The notes under the pieces: model-generated
Databases searched by the model: none
Told to the model about the DNA's origin: nothing
The model's input: only the letters and a program-made list of their open reading frames with translations
Assembly: GCA_035559535.1 (NCBI GenBank)
Contig: DATMBG010000008.1
Coordinates: forward strand, 1 to 64,000
DNA from: Candidatus Limnocylindrales bacterium
GTDB lineage: Bacteria > Moduliflexota > Moduliflexia > Moduliflexales > JAUQPW01
Length of the DNA stretch: 64,000 nucleotides
Direction of reading: 5' to 3'
Translations under genes and position numbers: made by a program
Part shown: one piece after another, positions 1-10,835 of the stretch
Layout: every line of letters begins with the position of its first letter
How positions within the stretch are numbered: position 1 is the first letter of the stretch

Positions 1-28
1 GTAGGGGCGGGAGGCCTCCCGCCCCTAC
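1..28. repeat. Perfect 28-bp GTAG-type REP-like palindrome
   Basis: GTAGGGGCGGGAGG followed directly by its reverse complement CCTCCCGCCCCTAC; it starts with the GTAG tetranucleotide typical of REP families. Confidence 0.75.
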
Positions 29-247
29 GGAGAGGGGGCACTGGAGGGCCAGGGGGGATGGGGGTGAGGAGAGTTGGGGAGTGAAAGCAGCCTTATGAGG
101 TCAAAATTAAGGTAACAGTGTACTACTCCCTTGTAAAGTTAGATTTGAATAACGTATCCGTATCCATTTCTTACGAAAATCACCCTACGATTTTCACGCT
201 TTGTGGCGATCCAATAGGTCATGATCGTTTAGTAGGTGGAAAAAGAA

Positions 248-520
248 ACACCCTCCCTGGCCCCCCCTCCAGGGGGGACTGACGTGGGGTTGCTGCTGCT
301 GAAGTCCCCCCTGGAGGGACAGGGCTGTTAAGTTCTAGAGTATTTCGAGAATTTTTTGATATTTTTGATAAGATGAGTTCCAGAGAAACGCCCTAGATTC
401 GTGCCCACCAAAAGTGATTTATCAATACTTTTCAAAAGTCCCATTCCTTCTCTCCCCGCATGCGGGAAGGGAGAGAAGGAGGGGCTGGGTGGGGCCAGGA
501 GAGGAGGTTAGGTGAAAAAC
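248..520. repeat. Cluster of GC-rich hairpin/REP-like elements and a possible CTAG-ended MITE remnant (335-396)
   Basis: CCCCCCTCC-AGGGGGGACT...AGTCCCCCCTGGAGGG (about 251-318); CTAGAGTATTTC...GAAACGCCCTAG imperfect terminal repeats; CCTTCTCTCCCCGCATGCGGGAAGGGAGAGAAGG hairpin (about 446-479). Confidence 0.5.
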
Positions 521-789
521 CCCTCTATTCTTTATACCCTATACTTATCTCCCACACTTCCACACCGATTTGATATTACCCACCTTTTTTCCATCTTTAA
601 AATCAAAGGGGATCTCGGTTTGCTCAAAAAATGCTATCCCATCCGGTAGGGATGAAGAAAGTACAGGATTTACCTGATCTCAAATACAGAATCTGCTGGA
701 TTGATTCTGCCGTTAATAAAAAATACCTTCAAAGATGATCTACAAATCGGGCCGTTGGATAGAAGCTCTCCAGATAGAGGGGGAAATCT

Positions 790-3700
790 ATGATAAAACT
801 CAAAACATTTATCTTTGCAATGGCAGTTATAGCAGGCATTATGATCTCTCATCATACCGCCCTGGCCGCCACTTTCACGGTCGATTCCACAGGAGATGGA
901 GGGGATAGTAATTTAACCGATGGGATTTGTAACGATGGAACCGGGAAGTGTACCCTACGTGCAGCCATTCAGCAAGCCAACAGTACGTTGGCCACAGATA
1001 CCATTCAATTCAACATCCCCGGTATAGGTATCCAAACCATCACGCCTGGATCGGCCCTGCCTACGATCACCAATCCGGTCATCCTGGATGGAACCACACA
1101 ACCTGGTTTTATAACCACCCCTCTGATTGAATTAGATGGAAGCAATGCCGGGCCAGGAGTGGATGGATTACGGATTACTGCTGGAAATAGTACTGTAAAG
1201 GGGTTGATCATCAACCGATTTGGAGGGAACGGAATTACACTGGCCTTCAACGGTGGTAACACCATTACGGGCAATTTTATCGGAGTCAATGCTACCGGTG
1301 TTCTCGCCATGGGTAACGCCAAAGATGGAATCTTCATCAATGGAGTTTCCAATAACACCATCGGTGGAACCACGCTGGTCACGGGTAACCTCATTTCAGG
1401 TAACAATTCAGACGGCATCGAGATCTCCGGCAATGGTGCAACTAACAATATCGTACAGGGTAACTTCATCGGTACCGATCTTACCGGTGCCCTGGACCTG
1501 GGTAATTTGCAAAATGGAATATTTATCAACGGCGCTTCCAACAACACCCTGGGTGGGACAACCTCCGGAACCGGTAACCTTATTTCAGGTAATAACTCCC
1601 ACGGCATTGAGATCTCCGGCAGTGGCGCAACAGGAAACCGGGTCCAGGGTAATTTTATCGGTACCAACAGCACCGGTACCGTTGCCTTGGGTAACAGTGG
1701 TAATGGGATTCTTATTTCCGGAGTAGCCAATAATATCATTGGTGGGTCTACGTCAGGATCCGGTAACGTACTTTCCGGTAACAACTTGAATGGAATTCAA
1801 ATTTCGGGCACCGGCGCAACCGGCAATCAAGTTCAAGGTAACTTCATCGGCACCCATATCAATGGTAGCCTCGCATTGGGTAATAACGCCAATGGCATTC
1901 TCATTTCCAATGCCTCCAATAACACCATCGGTGGGACAACCCTTGGGGCCGGTAATATCATCTCAGGTAACAATTCAGATGGTATTGAAATCTCGGGTAC
2001 CGGCGCGACTAATAATCAAGTCCAGGGTAACTTCATCGGTACCGACATCAGCGGCCTTATTATCCTGAGTAATACCGGTAATGGAGTCCTGATCTCCAAT
2101 GCTTTTAATAATACCATCGGTGGAACTGCAGCAGGAGCCGGTAACCTCATCTCGGGTAATAACGCAACAGGTATTACCATCTCCGGTAATAGCGCAACGG
2201 GTAATCAGGTTCAGGGTAACCTGATCGGGACCAACCTGGGAGGTAGTAGTGCCCTGGGTAATGCCAGTGAGGGGATACTGATCTCCAGTGCCTCTAATAA
2301 TACTATCGGTGGAACAACTTCAGCCGCCCGCAATATTATCTCCGGTAATACCAGTCATGGAATTACCCTCTCGGGTAGCGGAACCAGTGGGAATTTGATC
2401 CAGGGTAACTTCATCGGTACCGATAGTAACGGCACCAACCGCTTAGGAAACTCTCAAACTGGAGTATTTATCAATGGGGTCTCCAATAACGTTATCGGAG
2501 GAACTGCTACCGGAGCAGGAAACGTTATTTCGGGTAATAACTCGGATGGTATAAGAATCCTCAGTACCAATGCAACGGGAAATCTGATTCGAGGAAACCT
2601 TATCGGAGTCAATGTGAACGGTACTGTGGCTTTAAGTAATGGGGGTAATGGGATCTTTATTAATAATGCCCCCGGTAATACTGTTGGCGGAACAACGTCT
2701 GGAGCCCGTAATGTTATTTCGGGTAATAACTCGGATGGGATTGAGATTTCAGGTACTGGTGCCACCGGGAATCTCATCCAAGGCAATTATATCGGTACCG
2801 ATATCAACGGTACCGCCGCTCTGGCCAATATCGGTAACGGGGTATTCATCAACGGGGCATCCAGCAACACCGTGGGAGGTACAGTCACCGGGTCCCGTAA
2901 TGTTATTTCGGGTAATAACTCGGATGGGATTGAGATTTCAGGTACCGGTGCCACCGGGAATCTCATCCAAGGCAATTATATCGGTCTTACCTCCGCCGGC
3001 ACTGCTACGTTGGGTAATGCGGGTCACGGCGTGCTCCTTAACGACGTAGCCAATAATACCGTGGGTGGATTGACGGTCGGCGAACGTAACATTATCTCGG
3101 GTAATGCTCTGACCGGTATTGCCATCTCGGGTACCGGAGCTACCGGGAACTTAATCCAGGGTAATTTCATCGGTACGGACTCCACGGGTACTATCGCTTT
3201 GGGTAATACCAGCCATGGTGTGGTCCTGGCTTCATCGGCAAGCAACAACACCATAGGCGGTACGGCGAACGGAGCAGGTAATGTCATTGCCTTTAACGGG
3301 AGTGATGGAATATTCGCCAATTCAGGTACCGGTAATCTCTTCTCGCGCAATTCTATCTTCTCCAACACCGATTTAGGAATAGATTTGGGAAGTAATGGAG
3401 TCACTCTCAACGATGCTGGTGATGGAGATACAGGGGCCAACAATCTTCAGAATTTTCCCGTCCTAACTTCGGCCAACTCCGGAGGAGGGGGAACGACCGT
3501 CCAGGGAACCTTTAACAGTATGGCCAATACCAACTTTGTCCTGGAGTTCTTTTCTAACAGTACCTGTAACGCTTCTGGCAATGGGGAAGGAGCAACATTC
3601 CTTGGCTCGACCACCGTAATAACCGATTCTGCCGGTAATGCAAATATCAATATTACTTCCACAACGGTAGTTCCTACAGGTCAGTTTATCACCGCAACGG

Positions 3701-6700
3701 CTACAGATCCCAATAACAACACCTCCGAGTTCTCTAACTGTATTCAGGTTAATCGGGCAGATCTTTCGGTCATCAAAACGGACTCCCCAGACCCTACCAC
3801 TGTAAATGCAACCCTGACCTATACGATTCGAGTAACCAACAATGGCCCCTCCCAGGCTACCAACGTAACCTTGACCGATACCCTTCCATCCAGTGTGACT
3901 TTTGTCTCCTCTTTACCCGGCTCACCAACCTGTACCCCATCGGGTAGTACTGTTACCTGTAATCTCGGAACCCTCAACAGTGGAGCAATCTCTACCGTTA
4001 CCATCCTCGTTATACCCACCTCGGCAGGAACCATTACCAACACCGTCAGTGTTACAGGGGGTGGGATTGATCCTAATCCGGCTAACAATACAGAAACGGA
4101 ATCTACTACGGTTACATCGGCCGATCTGGCCATTACCAAGTCAGATTCCCCAGATCCGGTCCTGATAGGAAGCAACCTGACCTATACCCTGACTGTGACC
4201 AACAACGGTCCTTTCCAGGCGACAGGGGTAGTGGTGACCGACACGTTACCTGCCAGTGTCATCCTGGTTTCGGCGCCAGGCTGTACCCAGGCCGGTAGTA
4301 CGGTTACCTGTAACCTCGGATCTATCAACAGCGGTTCCAGTGCCAGCGTCACCATTGTAGTCCAACCTACTACCGTGGGAACGATCAGTAATACTGCCAG
4401 TGTGACCAGTAATACCTTTGATCCTACACCAGCTAATAATACCACAACGGCTCAGCTTACGACGGTTAACCCGGTCGTAGATCTGGCCCTTACCAAGACG
4501 GATTCTCCAGATCCGGCTACAACAACGGCAGATCTGACTTATACCCTGACAGTTAACAACAATGGCCCTTCTCCGGCTACGGGAGTAACCCTGACCGATA
4601 CCCTCCCTTCGGGAGTGATCTTTCGCTCGGTCTCTCCTACCCAGGGGAGTTGTAGCGGGACGAGTACCATTACTTGTAATCTCGGAACGATTAGTAACGG
4701 TGGCAGTGCAACCGTTACCATCGTCGTCACCCCCAACACCACCACTACCCTGGTTAATACGGCCAGTGTAACCGCCAATGAAACAGACTCCAATACAGCC
4801 AACAACACCGCTACCCAATCCACTGCAATCGTAATAATCGGGTTATCCGTTATTCAATCGGATTCACCGGATCCAGTAGCCGTGGGAACGGACGTGACTT
4901 ATACCATCCGGGTAATCAATAATAGTAATTCCCAGGCTACCCAGGTAGTACTTACAGATACGCTGACCGGTAACTTTTCCTTCGTCTCGGCTACATCCAC
5001 TCAAGGAACTTGCAGTGGAACCACCACCATCACCTGCAATATAGGAACTATGAATAAAGGAGTGGTTACCATAACGGTCAAGGTCAACCCCACGGCAGTA
5101 GGTACTATTACCAGTACGGCCACGGTAACCAGTAATCCACCTGATTCCAATCTGGCCGATAATACGGCTGTGGAGACTACCACGGTGACAGTTACCGATC
5201 TGGCAATTACCCAATCCGATTCTCCAGATCCTGTGACCGTAGGTGCTAACCTGACCTATACCCTGGTGGCTACCAACAATGGTCCTTCCCTGGCTACCGG
5301 AGTGATTGTAACCGATACCCTTCCGGTCAGTGTGACCTATGTTTCTGCAAACAGTACGCAGGGAACTTGTAGTAAGGGAAGTGGTACCGTCACCTGCTCC
5401 CTGGGTAACCTGGCTAATGGAGCCAGCGCTACGATTAATATAGTGGTGACCCCTATAACGGTGGGAATCATCAACAATACCGTACAGATAGCCGGCAATG
5501 AAGCCGATTCCAATCTGAGTAACAATACAAGTTTGCAAAGCACAACCATCACGGCAGCCGATCTTTCTGTTACTCAGACCGATTCTCCGGATCCTATAAA
5601 GGTTGGGAATAACCTGACCTATACCCTTCAAGTAACCAATAACGGTCCTTCTTCCGCTGCCAATGTGACTTTAACGGATACCCTTCCGGTCAATGTGACT
5701 TTTGTTTCGGTTACACCTAATCAGGGGAGTTGCAGCGTCACAACAACCGTAACCTGTAATTTAGGCACTTTGACAACCGGAGCCAGTGCAACCGTTAGCC
5801 TTATCGTCCAGCCTACCGGGGCAGGAGCGATTACCAACAGCGCCAGTGTGTCAAGTAGTCAGTTTGACCCGAATACAACCAATAATACTTCCAGTCAAGG
5901 TACTACCGTTGATCCCACTGCAGATTTGTCGGTCACCCAACTGGACATACCAGATCCGGTAACCGTCGGAGCCAACCTGACTTATCTCCTTACGGTTACC
6001 AACCAGGGTCCTTCCCAGGCCACGGGTGTGACTTTGACAGATATGCTCCCGCCCAACATCACCTTTGTTTCAGTCACCACAAGCCAGGGGAACTGTAGCC
6101 TGACCATTGGCGTTAATTGTACCTTAAATACTTTGGCCGTTGGGGCTACCGCTACCGTTACCATCCTCGTCAAACCCCCAACGGCAGGAACTATAACCAA
6201 TACGGTTACCGTGGCAAGCCTCGTATTTGATCCTGTTTTGACTAACAATACAAATTCACAAAATACCGAGGTTACCGCTGCTAACCTGACAATTACAAGT
6301 AGCGATTCACCAGACCCTGTAACGATCGGAGCCGGTCTGACTTATACCCTTCAAGTAACCAACAACGGTCCTTCAGCAGCCACCGGAGTAACCTTAACCG
6401 ATATCCTTCCTGTCGGCGTAACTCTTGTTTCAGCCACTCCTGATCAAGGGAGTTGTACAGGTGTAACGCCGGTAAGTTGTGCTCTGGGAACCCTTAACAA
6501 TGGAGCCACAGCAACCGTAACCCTCGTGATGAATGCCCCCACAGCTACAGGAACCATTACAAATACGGCGACCGTAGCAAGCAATGAATTTGACCCGAAC
6601 TTATCTGATAACACGACCTCTCAAGATACTACGGTTAATCCCGCAGCCGATCTCATGGTTACTCAATCTGATTCGCCGGATCCGGTAGCTGTGGGGAATA

Positions 6701-9700
6701 ATGTTACTTATACCATTACCGTCACCAATAACGGCCCTTCTGTGGCTACAGGAGTAACCCTGACAGACACACTTCCGGCCGGAGTCCTCTTTGTCTCGGC
6801 TACGTTAAGCTCAGGAAATTGTAACGGAACCGGCCCGGTTATCTGTTCTTTGGGTACTTTAGCTAAAGGGGCAAGTATTACCATAGCCCTTGTCGTTAAA
6901 TCTACCACAACAGGATCTATCAGTAATACAGTCCGTATTACAGGGAATGAAACCGATCCCAATACGGCCAATAATAGCCAGATAACCAGTACTTTAGTTA
7001 CCCTGGCAACCGATCTTGCCATTACTCAGGCCGATTCCCCAGATCCGGTCCTGGTAGGAACCAATCTGAGTTATACCATAACTGTCATCAACAACGGTCC
7101 TTCGGCGGCTACAGGGGTAACTTTAACCGACACCTTACCTTCCGGTATGACCTTTATTTCTGCTACCCCCAGTCAGGGAACCTGTACAGGAACAAGCCCG
7201 GTAACCTGTACTCTGGGTATTTTACCCGTCAGCGCCACAGCTACCGTTATTCTTGTCGGGAAGCCTACCACCACAGGATCCCTTGTTCATACCGTAAGTG
7301 TAGCCAATCTGGCAACCAATGAAACAGACCCGAACCTGGCCAATAATACGGCCACTGAGAATACAACGGTTAATCCGGCAGCCGATCTGGCTGTCTCTCA
7401 ATTAGATTCTCCGGATCCGGTAACAATTGGGAATAATATCACCTATACCATAACCGTTACCAATAACGGTCTCTCAACTGCGACGGGAGTAACTCTCCAG
7501 GATACTCTACCTGCCGGAGCCACTTTTGTTTCCATTACACCCGGTCAAGGGAGTTGTAGTGGAACAGGTACGATAAATTGTTCTCTGGGTACTTTAGCCA
7601 GTGGGACTAATACCCTTATTACTCTTGTGGTTAAGCCGACCCTAGCAGGAACCCTGAATAATAAGGTCAGTGTAACGGCCAATGAATCCGATCCTGATAT
7701 GAGTAACAATACCGGAACAGCCGACACAACCGTCAATCCGGCGGCTGACCTGTCGATCCGTATAACAGACTCGCCAGATCCGGTGGGGGTTGGAATAAAC
7801 TTAACCTATACCCTGACCATTACCAACAATGGCCCTTCATCGGCCACGGGCATAACTCTAGTCGACACATTACCCGCCGGAGTGATCTTCATTTCGATAA
7901 CACCCAGTCAGGGAAATTGTAATGGAACGAGTACCCTGACCTGTAACCTGGGAACTTTAAATAGTGGTGCCGGAGCCACGGTGGTCTTGATCGTTAAACC
8001 TCAGGTGTTGGGAATCCTCAGCCACGCCGGTAGTGTGACAGGTAACGAGTTCGATCCCAACACGGTGAATAATATAGCCACCCAAACCACCACCGTAACA
8101 GCCTTCATTGTTAATTCTACTTTAGATCCTGGAAATGGGGTCTGTGATGCGACAGAGTGCACTTTGCGGGAAGCCATTAATACAGCTAACGCTACCGCCG
8201 GAACCGATGTGATTCTATTCAACCTCCCCGGGGCAGGCCCCTATACGATTCAGCTTATCTCGGCGTTACCCGATATCGCCGACCCCATCTGGATCGATGG
8301 TACCAGCCAGCCTGGCTTTACAGGTACTCCCCTCATCGAACTGAATGGAAGTAGTGCGGGGATCGGAGCCAATGGATTAAAAATTACTGCCGGAAATAGT
8401 ATTGTCAAAGGACTTATCATCAATCGATTCGCCGGAAATGGAATTCTTATCACAACCGGCGGGGGTAATCTCATCCAGGGTAATTTTATTGGTACTGACG
8501 TCTCCGGTACCACCGCCCTGGGTAATGGGGGTACCGGTATATTCATCAATCTGGCATCCAATAATTTAATCGGGGGGACTACCCCGGGGTCGGGTAATGT
8601 CATTTCGGGTAACGGTTCTGCGGGTATTCAGATCTTCGGTGGAAGTGCAACGGGGAATCGGATTCAGGGTAACTTTGTCGGTACTAACTTTAACGGTACC
8701 GTTGCCTTAGGGAATGCCTTTGATGGGATATTCCTTGTCAATGCCCCGGGCAATACCCTCGGAGGTACCACCCCAGGAGCCCGTAATATCATCTCGGGCA
8801 ATAAGTTAAACGGAATTGAAATCCTGGGGACCGGAGCAACCGGAAATTGGGTGCAGGGTAATTTCATTGGAACCCAAGCAGACGGTATCGGTCCGTTAGG
8901 AAATACCTTATACGGTGTGCTTATAAATACTTCGGCAAGTAATAATACCATCGGTGGGACAGCTCCGGGTGCAGGCAATATTATTGCTTTTAATGGAAGT
9001 GATGGAATATTTATAGATTCTGGCATCGGGAATGCTCTTTTTCTCAATTCTATCTTTTCTAATTCGGGTCTTGGGATTGATCTGGGCCTCAAGGGCATAA
9101 CTTCCAACGATTCCGGAGATGGAGACTCAGGAGCCAACAATCTTCAGAATTTCCCTCTGTTAACCTCAGCTGTTTCCAGTGGTGGCAGTACAACCGTTCA
9201 AGGAACTTTGAATAGCACACCTAACACCCGTTTTAGAGTTGAATTCTACTTTAGCAATACCTGTGATCCTTCGGGAAATGGTGAAGGTACCGATATTCTC
9301 GGTGTAACGACCCTAACAACGGATGGAAGTGGTAATGCATCTGTGAATGTTACCTTTCCGGTTTTAATTCCGGCAGGTCAGGTGGTAACGGCCACGGTAA
9401 CAGACTCCAACAATAACACCTCCGAGTTCTCTCCCTGTGTTACGGTAACCCTGACTCCACCTCCAACACCGACTCCAACAGCCACACCGACGGCTACCCC
9501 GACCCCTGTCCCGACCCCGGTTATTACTTCTATAATCTGGGGGATTTCGGGGGATGTTCCCATACCCAGAGATTACAACGGAGATAATAAGGCAGATATC
9601 ACCGTATGGAGACCCGGTGCAGGGGATTGGTTCATTATGCTGGATCCTCCCATTATTCAACCTTGGGGGGTAAAAGGGGATAAACTGGTACCGGGTGATT

Positions 9701-10314
9701 ATGATGGAGATGGAAAGACGGATATAGCAGTCTTTCGACCTTCTATCGGAACCTGGTTTGCCTTGAAATCTTCGGGAGGGGTTTTCGTACAAAAGTTCGG
9801 GTCGTCTTCAGATATTCCGGCTCCTGAGGACTATGACGGAGATGGCGTTACAGATCTGGCCGTCTTTAGACCCTTTCTGGGTACCTGGGGAATTAAGCTC
9901 TCCAGCAATCCAGGAAATCTGAAACCGATCCGCTGGGGATTATCCGGAGATATACCCGTACCGGCCGATTATGATGGGGATAAAAAGGCAGATGTAGCCG
10001 TATGGAGACCCGCGGAAGGGAACTGGTATATCAGTTTTTCAACAGGAGGTTCTACAATCCTACAGCTCGGTTTACCGGGTGATATACCCGTACCGGCCGA
10101 TTATGATGGAGATGGGAAAGCGGATCTGGCCGTCTGGAGGCCCGGTGATGGAATGTGGCACATTACTTTTTCCTCAACCGGTTTGTTTAGCTCCACACAG
10201 TGGGGTTTATTGGGTGATATACCCGTACCGGCCGATTATGATGGAGATGGGAAAGCGGATCTGGCCGTTTGGAGACCCGGCGACGGAACCTGGAATATCA
10301 TCTTTGAGAAATAA
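790..10314 (+). CDS. Giant secreted surface protein: CSLREA-like head + parallel beta-helix, 12 DUF11-like Ig repeats, second CSLREA/beta-helix, PT linker, six FG-GAP/VCBS-like repeats
   Basis: 3174-aa ORF with upstream GAGGGG and a signal peptide ending ALA; CTLRAAI and CTLREAI motifs; ten ~63-aa (G/R)N.(I/L)SGN..G repeats; 12 x DL...DSPDP..LTYT...N.GPS.AT.V..TD.LP; six DY(D/N)GD...D.AV(W/F)RP repeats. Confidence 0.9.
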   Translation: MIKLKTFIFAMAVIAGIMISHHTALAATFTVDSTGDGGDSNLTDGICNDGTGKCTLRAAIQQANSTLATDTIQFNIPGIGIQTITPGSALPTITNPVILDGTTQPGFITTPLIELDGSNAGPGVDGLRITAGNSTVKGLIINRFGGNGITLAFNGGNTITGNFIGVNATGVLAMGNAKDGIFINGVSNNTIGGTTLVTGNLISGNNSDGIEISGNGATNNIVQGNFIGTDLTGALDLGNLQNGIFINGASNNTLGGTTSGTGNLISGNNSHGIEISGSGATGNRVQGNFIGTNSTGTVALGNSGNGILISGVANNIIGGSTSGSGNVLSGNNLNGIQISGTGATGNQVQGNFIGTHINGSLALGNNANGILISNASNNTIGGTTLGAGNIISGNNSDGIEISGTGATNNQVQGNFIGTDISGLIILSNTGNGVLISNAFNNTIGGTAAGAGNLISGNNATGITISGNSATGNQVQGNLIGTNLGGSSALGNASEGILISSASNNTIGGTTSAARNIISGNTSHGITLSGSGTSGNLIQGNFIGTDSNGTNRLGNSQTGVFINGVSNNVIGGTATGAGNVISGNNSDGIRILSTNATGNLIRGNLIGVNVNGTVALSNGGNGIFINNAPGNTVGGTTSGARNVISGNNSDGIEISGTGATGNLIQGNYIGTDINGTAALANIGNGVFINGASSNTVGGTVTGSRNVISGNNSDGIEISGTGATGNLIQGNYIGLTSAGTATLGNAGHGVLLNDVANNTVGGLTVGERNIISGNALTGIAISGTGATGNLIQGNFIGTDSTGTIALGNTSHGVVLASSASNNTIGGTANGAGNVIAFNGSDGIFANSGTGNLFSRNSIFSNTDLGIDLGSNGVTLNDAGDGDTGANNLQNFPVLTSANSGGGGTTVQGTFNSMANTNFVLEFFSNSTCNASGNGEGATFLGSTTVITDSAGNANINITSTTVVPTGQFITATATDPNNNTSEFSNCIQVNRADLSVIKTDSPDPTTVNATLTYTIRVTNNGPSQATNVTLTDTLPSSVTFVSSLPGSPTCTPSGSTVTCNLGTLNSGAISTVTILVIPTSAGTITNTVSVTGGGIDPNPANNTETESTTVTSADLAITKSDSPDPVLIGSNLTYTLTVTNNGPFQATGVVVTDTLPASVILVSAPGCTQAGSTVTCNLGSINSGSSASVTIVVQPTTVGTISNTASVTSNTFDPTPANNTTTAQLTTVNPVVDLALTKTDSPDPATTTADLTYTLTVNNNGPSPATGVTLTDTLPSGVIFRSVSPTQGSCSGTSTITCNLGTISNGGSATVTIVVTPNTTTTLVNTASVTANETDSNTANNTATQSTAIVIIGLSVIQSDSPDPVAVGTDVTYTIRVINNSNSQATQVVLTDTLTGNFSFVSATSTQGTCSGTTTITCNIGTMNKGVVTITVKVNPTAVGTITSTATVTSNPPDSNLADNTAVETTTVTVTDLAITQSDSPDPVTVGANLTYTLVATNNGPSLATGVIVTDTLPVSVTYVSANSTQGTCSKGSGTVTCSLGNLANGASATINIVVTPITVGIINNTVQIAGNEADSNLSNNTSLQSTTITAADLSVTQTDSPDPIKVGNNLTYTLQVTNNGPSSAANVTLTDTLPVNVTFVSVTPNQGSCSVTTTVTCNLGTLTTGASATVSLIVQPTGAGAITNSASVSSSQFDPNTTNNTSSQGTTVDPTADLSVTQLDIPDPVTVGANLTYLLTVTNQGPSQATGVTLTDMLPPNITFVSVTTSQGNCSLTIGVNCTLNTLAVGATATVTILVKPPTAGTITNTVTVASLVFDPVLTNNTNSQNTEVTAANLTITSSDSPDPVTIGAGLTYTLQVTNNGPSAATGVTLTDILPVGVTLVSATPDQGSCTGVTPVSCALGTLNNGATATVTLVMNAPTATGTITNTATVASNEFDPNLSDNTTSQDTTVNPAADLMVTQSDSPDPVAVGNNVTYTITVTNNGPSVATGVTLTDTLPAGVLFVSATLSSGNCNGTGPVICSLGTLAKGASITIALVVKSTTTGSISNTVRITGNETDPNTANNSQITSTLVTLATDLAITQADSPDPVLVGTNLSYTITVINNGPSAATGVTLTDTLPSGMTFISATPSQGTCTGTSPVTCTLGILPVSATATVILVGKPTTTGSLVHTVSVANLATNETDPNLANNTATENTTVNPAADLAVSQLDSPDPVTIGNNITYTITVTNNGLSTATGVTLQDTLPAGATFVSITPGQGSCSGTGTINCSLGTLASGTNTLITLVVKPTLAGTLNNKVSVTANESDPDMSNNTGTADTTVNPAADLSIRITDSPDPVGVGINLTYTLTITNNGPSSATGITLVDTLPAGVIFISITPSQGNCNGTSTLTCNLGTLNSGAGATVVLIVKPQVLGILSHAGSVTGNEFDPNTVNNIATQTTTVTAFIVNSTLDPGNGVCDATECTLREAINTANATAGTDVILFNLPGAGPYTIQLISALPDIADPIWIDGTSQPGFTGTPLIELNGSSAGIGANGLKITAGNSIVKGLIINRFAGNGILITTGGGNLIQGNFIGTDVSGTTALGNGGTGIFINLASNNLIGGTTPGSGNVISGNGSAGIQIFGGSATGNRIQGNFVGTNFNGTVALGNAFDGIFLVNAPGNTLGGTTPGARNIISGNKLNGIEILGTGATGNWVQGNFIGTQADGIGPLGNTLYGVLINTSASNNTIGGTAPGAGNIIAFNGSDGIFIDSGIGNALFLNSIFSNSGLGIDLGLKGITSNDSGDGDSGANNLQNFPLLTSAVSSGGSTTVQGTLNSTPNTRFRVEFYFSNTCDPSGNGEGTDILGVTTLTTDGSGNASVNVTFPVLIPAGQVVTATVTDSNNNTSEFSPCVTVTLTPPPTPTPTATPTATPTPVPTPVITSIIWGISGDVPIPRDYNGDNKADITVWRPGAGDWFIMLDPPIIQPWGVKGDKLVPGDYDGDGKTDIAVFRPSIGTWFALKSSGGVFVQKFGSSSDIPAPEDYDGDGVTDLAVFRPFLGTWGIKLSSNPGNLKPIRWGLSGDIPVPADYDGDKKADVAVWRPAEGNWYISFSTGGSTILQLGLPGDIPVPADYDGDGKADLAVWRPGDGMWHITFSSTGLFSSTQWGLLGDIPVPADYDGDGKADLAVWRPGDGTWNIIFEK

Positions 10315-10318
10315 AATC

Positions 10319-10732
10319 ATGCGGCATTCTGAGTCTGGTAGAGAAGTGGTTAAAGTCCTCATCGTGGACAATCATGCATTCTTTAGAAGAACTTTGAGAA
10401 GTTATCTTGAGGAAATTAAAGGCTTCGAAGTTATGGAGGAAGCAGAGGAGGGCGAGGATGTTTTTAAGCTTATGGAGAAACTGAGTCCCCACCTTATCCT
10501 GATGGATGTTTTTCTTTCAGGAAACCGTAACAGTTTCAAAATCTGTAAGCTTCTTAAACAGAGAAACCCGGCTTTAAAGATTATTCTCTACTCCTTATAT
10601 GATCTTGAAATACAAGAGGGAAATAACCTGGGGATTGATGGCTTTTTAGTCAAAGATGCGCTCTTTGATGGACTTTTGCCCTTAGTAAGGGAATTTTTCC
10701 AAAATCAGAAAAGGAAAGTAATCTACCATTAA
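10319..10732 (+). CDS. Stand-alone response regulator receiver protein
   Basis: VLIVDNH...LILMDV...FLVKD receiver motifs and no output domain. The ATG lies 4 nt after the upstream stop; the track's start at 10079 overlaps the giant gene. Confidence 0.8.
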   Translation: MRHSESGREVVKVLIVDNHAFFRRTLRSYLEEIKGFEVMEEAEEGEDVFKLMEKLSPHLILMDVFLSGNRNSFKICKLLKQRNPALKIILYSLYDLEIQEGNNLGIDGFLVKDALFDGLLPLVREFFQNQKRKVIYH

Positions 10733-10835
10733 AAACTGGTACCCGGCTGGATAGGGGTGGACGGCTCCAACGGGTAGCAGGGCCTACAAAAACAATCCGA
10801 CAGGCTATCTCCTAAGCTTGTCGAAGAAAACTATC

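Noticed and set aside
790-9400. RTX/type I-secreted toxin or autotransporter call for the Gly/Asn-rich protein
   Set aside because: No GGxGxDxL nonapeptides and no C-terminal beta-barrel; it has an N-terminal signal peptide instead.
10079-10318. N-terminal extension of the receiver ORF
   Set aside because: It is an alternate-frame reading of the upstream gene's repeats; the receiver fold begins after ATG 10319.
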